From an uncultured Prolixibacteraceae bacterium (lineage in GTDB: Bacteria; Bacteroidota; Bacteroidia; Bacteroidales; Prolixibacteraceae): a stretch of DNA of 64,000 bases. The translations under genes were made by a program, and so were the position numbers. Under the pieces are notes generated by a model. That model did not search any database, was not told the origin of the DNA, and saw nothing but the letters and a program-made list of their open reading frames with translations. Location of the stretch: positions 2,021,719 through 2,085,718 of the forward strand of contig OW818695.1 in assembly GCA_942493345.1 (NCBI GenBank), in the 5' to 3' direction. This document shows positions 53,560 to 63,611 of the stretch, piece after piece (the stretch's first letter is position 1; every line of letters begins with the position of its first letter).

Positions 53560-54888
53560 TTATAATTGATGATGAATAAATTTATCGACCTCTTCTTTTG
53601 CAATTTTTGTCCACTCTACCACATTTTCAGGACGATTTCCAATGGTGTGGTTATCTTTCATGATAATCTCAACCACACACCCATTCATGGTTTGGAGAAT
53701 GTTCTGAATCTGTTTTCGAATAGCATCTTTATTGATATCAGGAGATGATATGATAACCGGACTTGGTTTTACTGAGGCAATATAATTTCTGCCCAAATAT
53801 TCGGCCATTTTTCCTAGGTCTGCCCATGCCGAACAGGAAACACGGCGCAGATTATGATGCTTTTTCACAACATGCCAACGCGTATCCAGGGGTTCGCAGC
53901 ATCCATAGCAAGTAAGGCCAAAGCGGTCCATAATTGGTTTTTCGTATGGGAAAATAAATTCCTCATACATTTCAGGCGAAACGCCAACTGTTTCCTGACT
54001 TTCGGTGAACCCCCACATATCGGCACAACGTACTTTTCCATTAAAATCTGACAAAGGCAGTTCATTTGTATACCCATAACCACCCGATCCCACGTAGGTT
54101 CCATCGTTATTTAAGGAGAGCAGATTGTTTTTCTCCAGGTAATCAAGTTTATTCATAAATCCTTTGGAAATAATGGACATCAGTTCTTTTACTTCGTCGG
54201 GATAAACCATGAAATCCATGAAAAGGTTTTCCATGCCACGAAGAAGTATTGCCGGATAAGACATGCCCATTGACCACCACCACACACCTTTCATCCGGAC
54301 CGAAAGAATACCATCGAATACTTCATTGGCGACTTCGAGACAAGCATTTGTTGTTTTCCAGTCAATCTCGAAAGTCAACGGATGCAGTTTTTTGAGATCT
54401 TTGTCATAGTCCTGAATGGGCGATTTCCAAACGAATGATCCTAATTCCGATATTTTATGTCGTACGATTTCAACGCCCCAGTTGTCGGATGACACCGTAT
54501 ATGGAACATTGAAGAATGGTTCAACCGGTCTGTCGTCGCCCATTTCTTCACCCCAAAAAATCTCCTTGCGCAAATTCATTTCCCACCTGCGGGCCAGCTT
54601 CGATTTGCATTGAATCTGGGCATCTGTAATAATTTCGTTCCATCCATTCTCCGGATCGCAGAAAACCACCGGCTGTAAGGTCTGCAACTTGTTGTGCATA
54701 AGCCATAGCTTTCGTTTTACGTCCATCTCTGGTTTATGCGCAAGCTCTGCTACTTTTCGCGCCAATGACCTGAGAATTTCTACTTCAAATTTTTCGATGG
54801 CAATATCCGTCTGTCTAAAACCTGTTTCAATATTTTCAGAAACGGTTTGTTCCAAACCAATTGAGTTTCCTTGTCCATAATTTTCCAT
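53560..54888 (-). CDS. Cytoplasmic protein of unknown function in the sugar operon
   Basis: 442-aa ORF with no signal peptide. It has a Cys-rich segment (LTCYGCCEPLD) and a possible URO-D-like/TIM-barrel character. I did not recognise a family. Confidence 0.6.
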   Translation of the reverse strand: MENYGQGNSIGLEQTVSENIETGFRQTDIAIEKFEVEILRSLARKVAELAHKPEMDVKRKLWLMHNKLQTLQPVVFCDPENGWNEIITDAQIQCKSKLARRWEMNLRKEIFWGEEMGDDRPVEPFFNVPYTVSSDNWGVEIVRHKISELGSFVWKSPIQDYDKDLKKLHPLTFEIDWKTTNACLEVANEVFDGILSVRMKGVWWWSMGMSYPAILLRGMENLFMDFMVYPDEVKELMSIISKGFMNKLDYLEKNNLLSLNNDGTYVGSGGYGYTNELPLSDFNGKVRCADMWGFTESQETVGVSPEMYEEFIFPYEKPIMDRFGLTCYGCCEPLDTRWHVVKKHHNLRRVSCSAWADLGKMAEYLGRNYIASVKPSPVIISSPDINKDAIRKQIQNILQTMNGCVVEIIMKDNHTIGNRPENVVEWTKIAKEEVDKFIHHQL

Positions 54889-54897
54889 CGGCTTTAA

Positions 54898-56259
54898 CTA
54901 TTTTAAATAATCATGTTCAATTTGTTCCAGTGTTTTGCCTTTTGTTTCCACCAGGTATTTCAGAACAAAAAGGAAACAAGGAATGCACATCACCGCATAT
55001 ATCAGGAATGTAAATCCACCGCCTATATATTTCAGTAAAATAGGGAGCGAGTAAGAAATAGCAAAGTTGGCTGCCCACATCGCAAAGATTGAAATAGAAA
55101 CGCCCCTGCTTCGAACCCTGTTGGGGAAAATTTCTCCAATCAATACCCATACAATAGGACCGAGTGAAAGAGCAAAAAAAGCGAGGTATCCCATCACGAA
55201 AAATAATATCATGCCCGGATTTTGGAAGTTGTTCGTGAAAAAGGCAATCGAGATTGCAAACATGAATGCTGCCATACCAGTGGAGCCAATAAGCAGCAAT
55301 TTCTTTCTTCCCATCTTTTCAATTAAAGAAATAGACAAAATCGTAAAAGCCAGGTTCACCAAGCCCATAATCATGGTCATCAAAAACGCTTTTTCTTCCG
55401 GGACTCCTGTTAAGCTGAAAATTTTTGGGGCATAGTACATCAGAACATTTATTCCGGTAACCTGTTGGAAAATAGCCATCATTACACCAATAATAAGTAT
55501 TTTGAACATCTTCCCCTTAAATAAATCGGAGAATTTGCTTGTAACTACATGTTCAACGGAGTAAAGAATGTCTTGCAGTGCAGTCGCTGCACTTTCCTTG
55601 CTGTCCATTTTTTCAAGCACTTTCAGGGCTTTATCACTTTTCCCGTTTATCACTAGCCATCTGGGGCTTTCCGGAACAAAAATCAGGAAAATTAAAAACA
55701 GACCAGATGGTATAATCATAACACCCAGCATATAGCGCCACACATCGTCGCAACCATAGCTGCCAATCGTGTGCTGGTATTTGCAGACAAAGTCGTAAAG
55801 AAACTTGTTGGAAACAAATGCGAGCGCTTGTCCGGTGAACGTGGCAAGCTGGTTGAAAGAAACCAATTTTCCGCGCCACTTGGCAGGAGCAATTTCTGAA
55901 ATATACAAGGGTGAAAGCATTGATGCCGCCCCGACAGAAACACCTGCAATCATTCTGAATACAACAAAAAAGTAAAAGTCGGTAGCTAAAGCACAGCCCA
56001 ATGTTGAGGTAAGGAATATAAATGCCGTTACAAGCAACATTTTTTTACGCCCGTAAATCTGGCTTGGTTTTCCGCAAAAAATAGCGCCTAACATGCAACC
56101 TACGAGAATGCTTCCAACGGCCCAACCTTCCTCGAACTCATTTAATCCGAATTGTGGTTTTAAAGTAACCATTGCTCCGGAAATAACAGAGGTGTCGAAT
56201 CCAAAAAGGAAGCCTCCGATAGCAGCTACAAGACTGACGAGAATTAAGTATAGTTTCAT
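54898..56259 (-). CDS. MFS sugar porter (XylE/GalP-like sugar:H+ symporter)
   Basis: 453 aa with 12 TM segments. Signature motifs present: GRKKMLL and VPESPRWL. Confidence 0.9.
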   Translation of the reverse strand: MKLYLILVSLVAAIGGFLFGFDTSVISGAMVTLKPQFGLNEFEEGWAVGSILVGCMLGAIFCGKPSQIYGRKKMLLVTAFIFLTSTLGCALATDFYFFVVFRMIAGVSVGAASMLSPLYISEIAPAKWRGKLVSFNQLATFTGQALAFVSNKFLYDFVCKYQHTIGSYGCDDVWRYMLGVMIIPSGLFLIFLIFVPESPRWLVINGKSDKALKVLEKMDSKESAATALQDILYSVEHVVTSKFSDLFKGKMFKILIIGVMMAIFQQVTGINVLMYYAPKIFSLTGVPEEKAFLMTMIMGLVNLAFTILSISLIEKMGRKKLLLIGSTGMAAFMFAISIAFFTNNFQNPGMILFFVMGYLAFFALSLGPIVWVLIGEIFPNRVRSRGVSISIFAMWAANFAISYSLPILLKYIGGGFTFLIYAVMCIPCFLFVLKYLVETKGKTLEQIEHDYLK

Positions 56260-56281
56260 TTAGTCGATTGGTATTTTTAGT

Positions 56282-57343
56282 TTATAAATTTAAGATTTGT
56301 GACGTTTCCAACTCTACTTCGTAGGTTCTGGTTTCGTTCGGTTGAATATAAATGAGAGTCCCATCTTTTTGAGCAGCAGCTCTGCCCATAGGCGGATGTG
56401 TACCCGGTTCAACTCCCGTTACGTATTCATTTTTTCCGAAGTGTTGCCAGTTGGTTAAAAAGGGCAACTGTTTTTTTTGAAATCGCATGGTAATTTTCAA
56501 TCCCAGGCTGGTATTTTGCAGGCCACATTCACACATTCCTGCGGCATCAGCGTCAAGGTCTATAATACCTACAGATTCTCCGGTTCCAAAATGTTCTTTA
56601 ATCGGGGGCAGGCACTTTTTAAGGTTTGGAAAGTTCTTTTCATTAAAAATAAAATCGTTGTCTTTGCCGCCACGCGATTGCCATTTGCCCTTCCAGATTA
56701 TATCTGTTCCCTCGTCAACCAAAGGCCAGCCAAAGTTGAAGTGGTAAAGCAGCATGTGTGGAGCTGGTGTATTTCCCAGATTGGTAACTTCGTCGGTTAT
56801 TTTAAAAGAGGAAGAACCAAGCCGGGCAGAAATCGTTCGTTTAAGTTCCAAATGAGGGCCGCCCACCGCAACGGATTGTACTACTTTCCCTGTGATACTC
56901 ATCTCCGGGCAGTCACTTCGTAAGTCGGGCTGGGTTATAGAAACAAGACTTGCCGGAATATTACCAATCCGGTCGTGCAGACCACGTTCCCCGTTTTCAT
57001 CCTTTTCAGGGGGGCCGATATGCGTAAGTCCGCAGGTCGTGAGAAGTCCGCCACCAAAACTGCTCAACCAATTAACACCAGCCGATGTGCACGGGTTTGG
57101 AGCAGTAACTCCAAGATGACTTATCCATGCCAGGCTATGTTGGTTGAAAAATGCCTCGGCAATATCCATTCCGCGATCGAGCACCACTTTGAAACGCAGA
57201 CCGCTTCCGGTGTTAACCCACGCAATACGGCATCCATGACCGTGTCCATTATCTAAAGTCGACAGTTCAATGCCACCTAATTGTGCAGGATTTGAAATTT
57301 TATCTTTCCATGATTTATTGTCCATAGTATGCTTCCTCCCCAT
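56282..57343 (-). CDS. Aldose-1-epimerase-like protein (DUF4432 type)
   Basis: 353 aa. [39 protein letters not shown]...[11 protein letters not shown] is a typical DUF4432 pattern. Its 5' end overlaps the araD stop, so an internal start (MDNKSW, 57325) is possible. Confidence 0.7.
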   Translation of the reverse strand: MGRKHTMDNKSWKDKISNPAQLGGIELSTLDNGHGHGCRIAWVNTGSGLRFKVVLDRGMDIAEAFFNQHSLAWISHLGVTAPNPCTSAGVNWLSSFGGGLLTTCGLTHIGPPEKDENGERGLHDRIGNIPASLVSITQPDLRSDCPEMSITGKVVQSVAVGGPHLELKRTISARLGSSSFKITDEVTNLGNTPAPHMLLYHFNFGWPLVDEGTDIIWKGKWQSRGGKDNDFIFNEKNFPNLKKCLPPIKEHFGTGESVGIIDLDADAAGMCECGLQNTSLGLKITMRFQKKQLPFLTNWQHFGKNEYVTGVEPGTHPPMGRAAAQKDGTLIYIQPNETRTYEVELETSQILNL

Positions 57344-58004
57344 GTTTTCTGAAGAAATGTTTCTTCAGTAGCTCCGATTGCATTTCGTTTATATTTGTTC
57401 CCATTAAAATTCTTGTATTGAAAGCCATTTTGGCCACTTCTTCCAGCACCACTGCATTATGCACTGCGTCGTGCGCATTTTTGCCCCAGGTAAAAGGACC
57501 ATGTGAATGAACCAATACGCCAGGAATATGATCTGGGTTGAGATCGTTGAATCTTTCCACAATCACCCGGCCGGTTTCCAACTCGTACTCACCGGCAATT
57601 TCTGCCGGGGTCATTTTGCGGGTAACAGGCACTTCACCTGCAAAGTAGTCAGCATGAGTAGTTCCGAAAGCCGGTACAGGTAAACCTGCCTGAGCAAAAG
57701 TAGTAGCCCATGTTGAATGGGTATGCACAATACCACCTATATTTTTAAAGTTACGGTAAAGTTCTAGGTGTGTCGCAGTATCTGATGATGGCTTCAGTTT
57801 CCCATCGATACTTTTTCCTGATAAATCCACAACCACCATGTCCGAAACTTTCATTGTTTCGTAGGCAACCCCTGAAGGTTTGATCACCACCAACCCGGTT
57901 TCCCTGTCGATGGCAGATACATTTCCCCAAGTAAAAGTTATCAACCCATATTTGGGAAGAAGCATATTTGCCTCGAAAACTTCTTGTTTCAATTTTTGCA
58001 ACAT
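57315..58004 (-). CDS. araD: L-ribulose-5-phosphate 4-epimerase
   Basis: 229 aa. [42 protein letters not shown] and HTHSTWAT are class II aldolase/AraD-SgbE hallmarks. Confidence 0.92.
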   Translation of the reverse strand: MLQKLKQEVFEANMLLPKYGLITFTWGNVSAIDRETGLVVIKPSGVAYETMKVSDMVVVDLSGKSIDGKLKPSSDTATHLELYRNFKNIGGIVHTHSTWATTFAQAGLPVPAFGTTHADYFAGEVPVTRKMTPAEIAGEYELETGRVIVERFNDLNPDHIPGVLVHSHGPFTWGKNAHDAVHNAVVLEEVAKMAFNTRILMGTNINEMQSELLKKHFFRKHGEEAYYGQ

Positions 58005-58010
58005 ATTCTT

Positions 58011-59534
58011 TTACATTAATTTTTGCATGTTGTCCCATATCCCGTCCAATGCTGAAATTACCTGCTTGTATAAGGCATATTTCTTTTCGTAGATCGCTAC
58101 GTTGTTTGGATCTGGCTCTATCCTTTGCTTCACCTTGATCATGCTACTGGCAGCTTCTTCAAAGTTTTTAAATTCACCGACAGCCACCGCTGCTGTCATT
58201 GCACAGCCCAATGCACCGGTTTCTCCAATATCAACTGTTTCAAAGGGGTATTTCATTACATCGGCAAATATCTGGGTCCATTCTTTTGAATTTGCCACGC
58301 CACCTGCCAAACGAATTTCTCTAACCGGTTTATTTCGTGTGGCGAGAAGTTTATCGAAATGATACCTGTGGCTAAAAGCGATGCCTTCGTATATGCTACG
58401 CATAATATGTGCACGGGTATGGTAATTACTCAACCCCACAAAACTTGCTTTGGCGTTGGGATGCACGTTGCTTGCCATGAGAAAAGGCAAGAATATTGGG
58501 CAGAATTCCTCCACTGGAATTGAAGCTACCATTGCGTTTACCAACTCATAAATTGATTTTCCCTCCTGCTTTGCCTGCGCTTTTAACTCGGGTAGCAGGG
58601 TGTTTATAAACCACTCGTTATTGCCTGCCGAAGTCGGACTGCACTCCTCAATAAGGTAATATTCCGGGAGGCAGAAAATCGAATTCATCATGACACTACC
58701 ATCGGTTACGGCCTGTCGACGAATATACTCGTTAATGCTCCAAGTGCCTGCAATCATACATACGCGTTCCTCGTGAGCTGCATCCACGGCAATGGCGCAG
58801 GCATCGATATCGAACATTCCACCGGCTACAGGTGTACCAGCTTTCAAGCCGGTTAGTTTTGCAACTTCCTCTGTAATATACCCGCAGATATCCGTGGAGT
58901 TTTTGAGTGGCGGAAGCATCTCCATGGCAAATTCCAGGCCGAAAAGTTTCAGGAGATCGGCATCGTACCGGCGGGTTTGAAGGTTTAGCAAATTTGCGCC
59001 CGAATAATCTGTAATTTCGCCATACGCTTCGCCGGTAAGCATGAAACGCACGTAGTCCTTGCACTCGAATATCCATCGGATATTTTTTATGCTGCCGGGT
59101 TCATTATCCCTAATCCAGGCCAACAAGGAAACGGGTTGGCACGACAGTATTTTTTGATACGATAATTCAAATACTTTTTGGGCAGTGCCATCTTCCTCCC
59201 ATTTCATAGGATATTCGTAAGCACGGTTATCAGTAGAAATGATGCCGTTGCGCACTGGTTTATTATTCTTGCCCCAGAGATAAAGGCCCTTGCCATGCCC
59301 GCAACAGGCAATCCCTGCAACATTGGCAGCGTCGATCTTTGTTTTGAATAGAAGATCTTTCAGCACTTTGCAGTTCGCCTGCCACATCTCATCCATGTCG
59401 CGCTCAGTAAATCCGGGCTTTGGAGTAATCATTTTTGTTTCGACAGAGCAAACGCCAAGTTCTGTTCCAGTCGAAGTATAAAGTGCGGCTTTGGTCATCG
59501 TTCCGCCATTGTCCAGTCCAATATAGTACCTCAT
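58011..59534 (-). CDS. FGGY-family carbohydrate kinase, L-xylulose/3-keto-L-gulonate-kinase-like
   Basis: 507 aa with the N-terminus YYIGLDNGGTMTKAALY. It sits between a UlaE/SgbU-like gene and an AraD/SgbE-like gene, as lyxK does in E. coli. Confidence 0.8.
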   Translation of the reverse strand: MRYYIGLDNGGTMTKAALYTSTGTELGVCSVETKMITPKPGFTERDMDEMWQANCKVLKDLLFKTKIDAANVAGIACCGHGKGLYLWGKNNKPVRNGIISTDNRAYEYPMKWEEDGTAQKVFELSYQKILSCQPVSLLAWIRDNEPGSIKNIRWIFECKDYVRFMLTGEAYGEITDYSGANLLNLQTRRYDADLLKLFGLEFAMEMLPPLKNSTDICGYITEEVAKLTGLKAGTPVAGGMFDIDACAIAVDAAHEERVCMIAGTWSINEYIRRQAVTDGSVMMNSIFCLPEYYLIEECSPTSAGNNEWFINTLLPELKAQAKQEGKSIYELVNAMVASIPVEEFCPIFLPFLMASNVHPNAKASFVGLSNYHTRAHIMRSIYEGIAFSHRYHFDKLLATRNKPVREIRLAGGVANSKEWTQIFADVMKYPFETVDIGETGALGCAMTAAVAVGEFKNFEEAASSMIKVKQRIEPDPNNVAIYEKKYALYKQVISALDGIWDNMQKLM

Positions 59535-59552
59535 AATTCGTATCTTTTATCC

Positions 59553-60425
59553 TTAATTTTTAGACGTATTTTCAACTGCCAAATCATATTTTTCCCGGAC
59601 AAATCGTTGTGCTTCCCTGATCGCTTCCACACTGTCTATTTCCGGGTCGTTCCACATTTCGATCAGATAAGGACCTTTATAATTGAGCTGTTCCAACTTG
59701 GCAAAGCATTTTACAAAGTCCACACAACCGGTACCAAAAGGGACACATTTGAATTTTCCGGGATAGGCGCTGGTTACAGCTTTTGTTTCTTTGATGTGTA
59801 CCGCAACGATGCTTGATATTCCTTTTTCCAATTCCATTTCAACATCGTTCCTCCATGCGGTTAGGTTCCCCAAATCGGGGTAGACCTTATACCAGGGCGA
59901 TTTTATTTGTTCTTCGTACCAAAGGTGCTTGGTAATCGAGTTCATAAAAGGGGTATCCATGATTTCCATGGCTAGCATCACCTGATGTTTCTCTGCTAAT
60001 TTGGCCGCCCATTTCATCCCTTCCATGAAAGCTTCTGTACTTTGCGCTGTCGAAGGTTCATAGTAAACATCATATCCGGCAAGTTGTATAACATGAATGC
60101 CCAAATCTTCAGCAAAAACAATGGCGCGTTCCATCAGCTCATAAGCTTTATCACGCAGTTTGACATCGGCACTGCCAAAGGGAAACCGGCGGTGAGTACT
60201 AAGGCACATTGAACGCAAGGGCATTTCTAATCTTTTGCAATCCATGAGCAAGTTCATGCGTTGCATTTTGTCCCAATACAGACGTTCAATCCGTTCATCA
60301 GTTTCGTCAATAGAAATTTCCATGAACTCAAACCCCAGCTTTTTGGAAGCGCTAAGCCGTTTTTCCCAGCTCCACTCGGGAGGCAGCGCTTTTTCATATA
60401 GTCCCAACAGATGTCCGTGTATCAT
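59553..60425 (-). CDS. L-ribulose-5-phosphate 3-epimerase (UlaE/SgbU family)
   Basis: 290 aa. LGLYEKALPPEWSWEKRL...GFEFMEISIDETDERIERL closely follows the SgbU/UlaE N-terminal signature. Confidence 0.85.
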   Translation of the reverse strand: MIHGHLLGLYEKALPPEWSWEKRLSASKKLGFEFMEISIDETDERIERLYWDKMQRMNLLMDCKRLEMPLRSMCLSTHRRFPFGSADVKLRDKAYELMERAIVFAEDLGIHVIQLAGYDVYYEPSTAQSTEAFMEGMKWAAKLAEKHQVMLAMEIMDTPFMNSITKHLWYEEQIKSPWYKVYPDLGNLTAWRNDVEMELEKGISSIVAVHIKETKAVTSAYPGKFKCVPFGTGCVDFVKCFAKLEQLNYKGPYLIEMWNDPEIDSVEAIREAQRFVREKYDLAVENTSKN

Positions 60426-60735
60426 TCCTATGTAACTTACTGATAAATAATTAATTGATCAAAGAAATACGAATTCCCAACTTCTATTTTTGTAAATGAA
60501 GGTATTGTTCTCAAAATTGAAGAGATATAAGAGCCAAATCCATTAATATCTAATCCAATACTGATACTATTTTAATGTTTTTAATTTCTATATTTACCGA
60601 ATAAAGTATCAGATGTATAAAACGAGTCACGAGAGAATTGCCTCTCACACAAGAGTGTGAATTAAAACAAGGTGGAAATCCCTGAAACGAATATATAAGT
60701 GAGTTCTAAAGTCAATAAAAAAACAAATTACAGAT

Positions 60736-61593
60736 ATGAAACCTACTTTTGAGAAAGTACCATTATCGGGTTCTCCATTTCTAATGAAAGAAGAATCGTT
60801 TACCCATTTTGATGTTTCATGGCACATTCATCCGGAATTTGAGCTGACTTTGATCCTTTCAGGTCAGGGGAAAAGACATATTGGCAACAGTATCGAAGAT
60901 TTAGATTTTGAAGAATTGATCTTTATTGGCCCCAATCTACCACATAGCTGGTATGGAAGTAAAAACAACGAGGTCAACTCAAAAAAGAAAGTCAGCCAGA
61001 TAGTCATCCAGTTTTCGATTGACTTTTTAGGGAAAGATTTTTTTGAAAAGCCCGCATTTGTTAATATTCTTCAATTATTAAAACGAGCCCAACTGGGTAT
61101 CTGCTTTTACGGCGAAACCCGGAAATTTGCCAAAAAGAAAATGAATTCGATGCTTCAAATGAATGGGTTCGATCAAACAATGAAACTTTTAAACTTACTT
61201 AACCGACTTTCTGGTTCTCAGGAATATAGATACCTTTCGTGTATCGGATTTACAGAAACATTGAATGAAGCAGATACCGACAGGATGAACAAGATTTATC
61301 AATTCATCATGGAGCATTTCAGGGAACACATCACATTAAATCAACTTGCCACTTTCGCCAATATGACCCCCCAGTCTTTCTGTAAATATTTCAAGACCAG
61401 AACAAAAAAGACATTCTCTTTCTTTCTGAACGAAGTGAAAATTAGTTATGCGTGTCGATTGCTCACAGAAAAAAACTTAAACATACTTCAGATATGTTAT
61501 GAGTCAGGATTTAATAATCTTTCAAATTTTAATCGGAAGTTTAAGCAAATCAATAAAATGACACCGATGGAGTACAAAAAAAGTTTGCAGTAA
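60736..61593 (+). CDS. AraC-family transcriptional regulator (cupin sensor plus HTH)
   Basis: 285 aa, divergent from the sugar operon. The C-terminal double-HTH pattern includes LNQLATFANMTPQSFCKYFK and GFNNLSNFNRKFK. Confidence 0.88.
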   Translation: MKPTFEKVPLSGSPFLMKEESFTHFDVSWHIHPEFELTLILSGQGKRHIGNSIEDLDFEELIFIGPNLPHSWYGSKNNEVNSKKKVSQIVIQFSIDFLGKDFFEKPAFVNILQLLKRAQLGICFYGETRKFAKKKMNSMLQMNGFDQTMKLLNLLNRLSGSQEYRYLSCIGFTETLNEADTDRMNKIYQFIMEHFREHITLNQLATFANMTPQSFCKYFKTRTKKTFSFFLNEVKISYACRLLTEKNLNILQICYESGFNNLSNFNRKFKQINKMTPMEYKKSLQ

Positions 61594-61628
61594 GCTGATT
61601 TCATTTGCTTTATAATAAAGCCGAGATT

Positions 61629-61660
61629 AAAGAATCCATCTTTTTGAGGATGGATTCTTT
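61629..61660. terminator. Bidirectional stem-loop between convergent genes
   Basis: AAAGAATCCATC / GATGGATTCTTT, a 12-bp perfect stem with an 8-nt loop. It lies between the stops at 61593 (plus strand) and 61669 (minus strand). Confidence 0.65.
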
Positions 61661-61668
61661 AATTATCC

Positions 61669-63552
61669 TTACAGATTACCGCCAGAGGAATTGCCTGTTA
61701 TTTTTAAACAGATAATTTTCCCGTCGCCTGTTGATACATAAATTTCCTTTTCACTAACGGGTAAAACCATGTTGATGGAAGAACTGGTTATTTTATATTT
61801 CCAAAGAGTTTGACTTGTTTTCCTGGAAACAGCAATTATTGTCCCTTCTTTAGAAGATATATAAACGATGTTTTCGCCAGCATAAACGGGTGTTGGAGAA
61901 CCATCGTCATCAAGATCAACCGATGCTTCCCAAACAATTTTCATTGAATCGGCTGATGTGGATACTCCAACTCCTTTATTATTCCTCGTTTTAACAAAAA
62001 ACGTTAAACTATCGGTAGACAGCCCCCTTGAAAAATTGACCGGTACTTCCGGATTTGTTTCGCGCCAGATGATTTTGCCTGTTTTTGCTTCAATGCAGGT
62101 GATATAATTATCGGGCGAAACAACAAATACCCGGTTGTTTACTGCGACAGGGGCGACCGCGGCGGGCGACCTTCCGTTCGACATATTATTGCTCCATTTC
62201 CATAGTAACTCTCCATTACGCTGATTCAGCGCATACAAATACGAGTTCCATGCCCCAAAAAAAACATTCCCGTTGTACAATAGCGAGGCTTGGACAAAAC
62301 CTCCTTCAATTTGATTATAATCCCAGATCAAAGCTCCATTTCTCAAATCCAGACACCGGAAAGAACCGTCAGAAAAACCTACAAATACCTTGTCGTTCTT
62401 GATTTCAGGAGAAGAAACTACCGCTTTTTTAGTCTTGAATGTCCATAATAGCTTTCCCTTTAGCGAGAGACAATAAACATTTCCATTTGTCGATGTAAAA
62501 ACAATCCTATCGTCGGAAACGGCAGGAATTGAATAAATTCTTCCGCCTGCATGATAAGACCATTCCTCTTTTCCGGTTGATTTTTTTAATGCGATTAAAT
62601 CACCATTCGAGTTTCCAGAGTAAATTAGATCATTATGAATTGTAAATCCGCCCGGTATGTCGTATTTATTCGTGTATTTCCAATTTATTTTTACCATGTT
62701 ATACCTGGCATTTGCAGAATAATCAGGTTCTATAATTTTGATAGAATCTTTCGGAATTTTGGTTAATGAAACTTTTGTCCACGGAGGAAGCAACGAGTTG
62801 GTATCCGGAATTCTTTCACTAAAAGAGGCAACACCGTCATGAATTTTCACGATCGTATATCCGCTTTCTATTTTCTTTTCCTCCACTGGCAAGTTTGATC
62901 TGCACATGATTCCGGGAATGCCATTAAAATTGAATTTTCTATTTTGGTGTCCGTGTCCGCAGATCATTAACTGGATATTCCGGGTTTTCAGGCACCTGAT
63001 CATTTCATAATTATTATCCACCATCGCATTCATTGGATAATGATTGACAGAGATGATGGGCATATCTTTATTTTTCATGTTGTGTAATGTTTCATCAAGC
63101 CACATGAGTTGTTCTTTCGGCACATGAGCAAGCCCCCACCGTAACATGGAACCACAATCGGTTCCGATGAATAAGTAGCCCGAATTCTCAAAGAAAAACC
63201 GGTCGGTGCCAAATATTGATGAAAAGAAAGTTCCTCCGCTTGACGACCAAACATCTTCGTGATTTCCGGGGATTGCATAGTACTTTTTCGTCGATTTGTC
63301 TAACAATTCTTTTGCCTTTAAAAGCTGTTCTTCACATCCATTTGTGGATAAATCGCCCGAAACCAACACAAAGTCGATTTCCGGATTATTATTAATATCA
63401 TTTATTGTACTAATTAATGATTCAACAGATTGTTTTCCACCAATGTGAATATCTGTTACAACAGCAAACGTCAAATCTTTTGTTTGGCCGTTGCCATGCA
63501 ATGAAAAAATACAAACAAAAAGTATTATTATCAGAGAATAACGTGTTTTCAT
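61669..63552 (-). CDS. Secreted metallophosphoesterase fused to a PQQ-like/BamB-like beta-propeller
   Basis: 627 aa with a signal peptide. The N-terminal ~260 aa carry VTDIHIGG, SGDLSTNG, PGNHEDV, NHYP and CGHGHQN. The C-terminal ~350 aa consist of repeated beta-propeller blades (e.g. GELLWKW, GKIIWRE, SQTLWKY). Confidence 0.8.
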   Translation of the reverse strand: MKTRYSLIIILFVCIFSLHGNGQTKDLTFAVVTDIHIGGKQSVESLISTINDINNNPEIDFVLVSGDLSTNGCEEQLLKAKELLDKSTKKYYAIPGNHEDVWSSSGGTFFSSIFGTDRFFFENSGYLFIGTDCGSMLRWGLAHVPKEQLMWLDETLHNMKNKDMPIISVNHYPMNAMVDNNYEMIRCLKTRNIQLMICGHGHQNRKFNFNGIPGIMCRSNLPVEEKKIESGYTIVKIHDGVASFSERIPDTNSLLPPWTKVSLTKIPKDSIKIIEPDYSANARYNMVKINWKYTNKYDIPGGFTIHNDLIYSGNSNGDLIALKKSTGKEEWSYHAGGRIYSIPAVSDDRIVFTSTNGNVYCLSLKGKLLWTFKTKKAVVSSPEIKNDKVFVGFSDGSFRCLDLRNGALIWDYNQIEGGFVQASLLYNGNVFFGAWNSYLYALNQRNGELLWKWSNNMSNGRSPAAVAPVAVNNRVFVVSPDNYITCIEAKTGKIIWRETNPEVPVNFSRGLSTDSLTFFVKTRNNKGVGVSTSADSMKIVWEASVDLDDDGSPTPVYAGENIVYISSKEGTIIAVSRKTSQTLWKYKITSSSINMVLPVSEKEIYVSTGDGKIICLKITGNSSGGNL

Positions 63553-63611
63553 CTTCGAAATGTTTTATAAAATTTTAGAGGCAACAATGCGAACTGCGTC
63601 CGTGTAATCTT

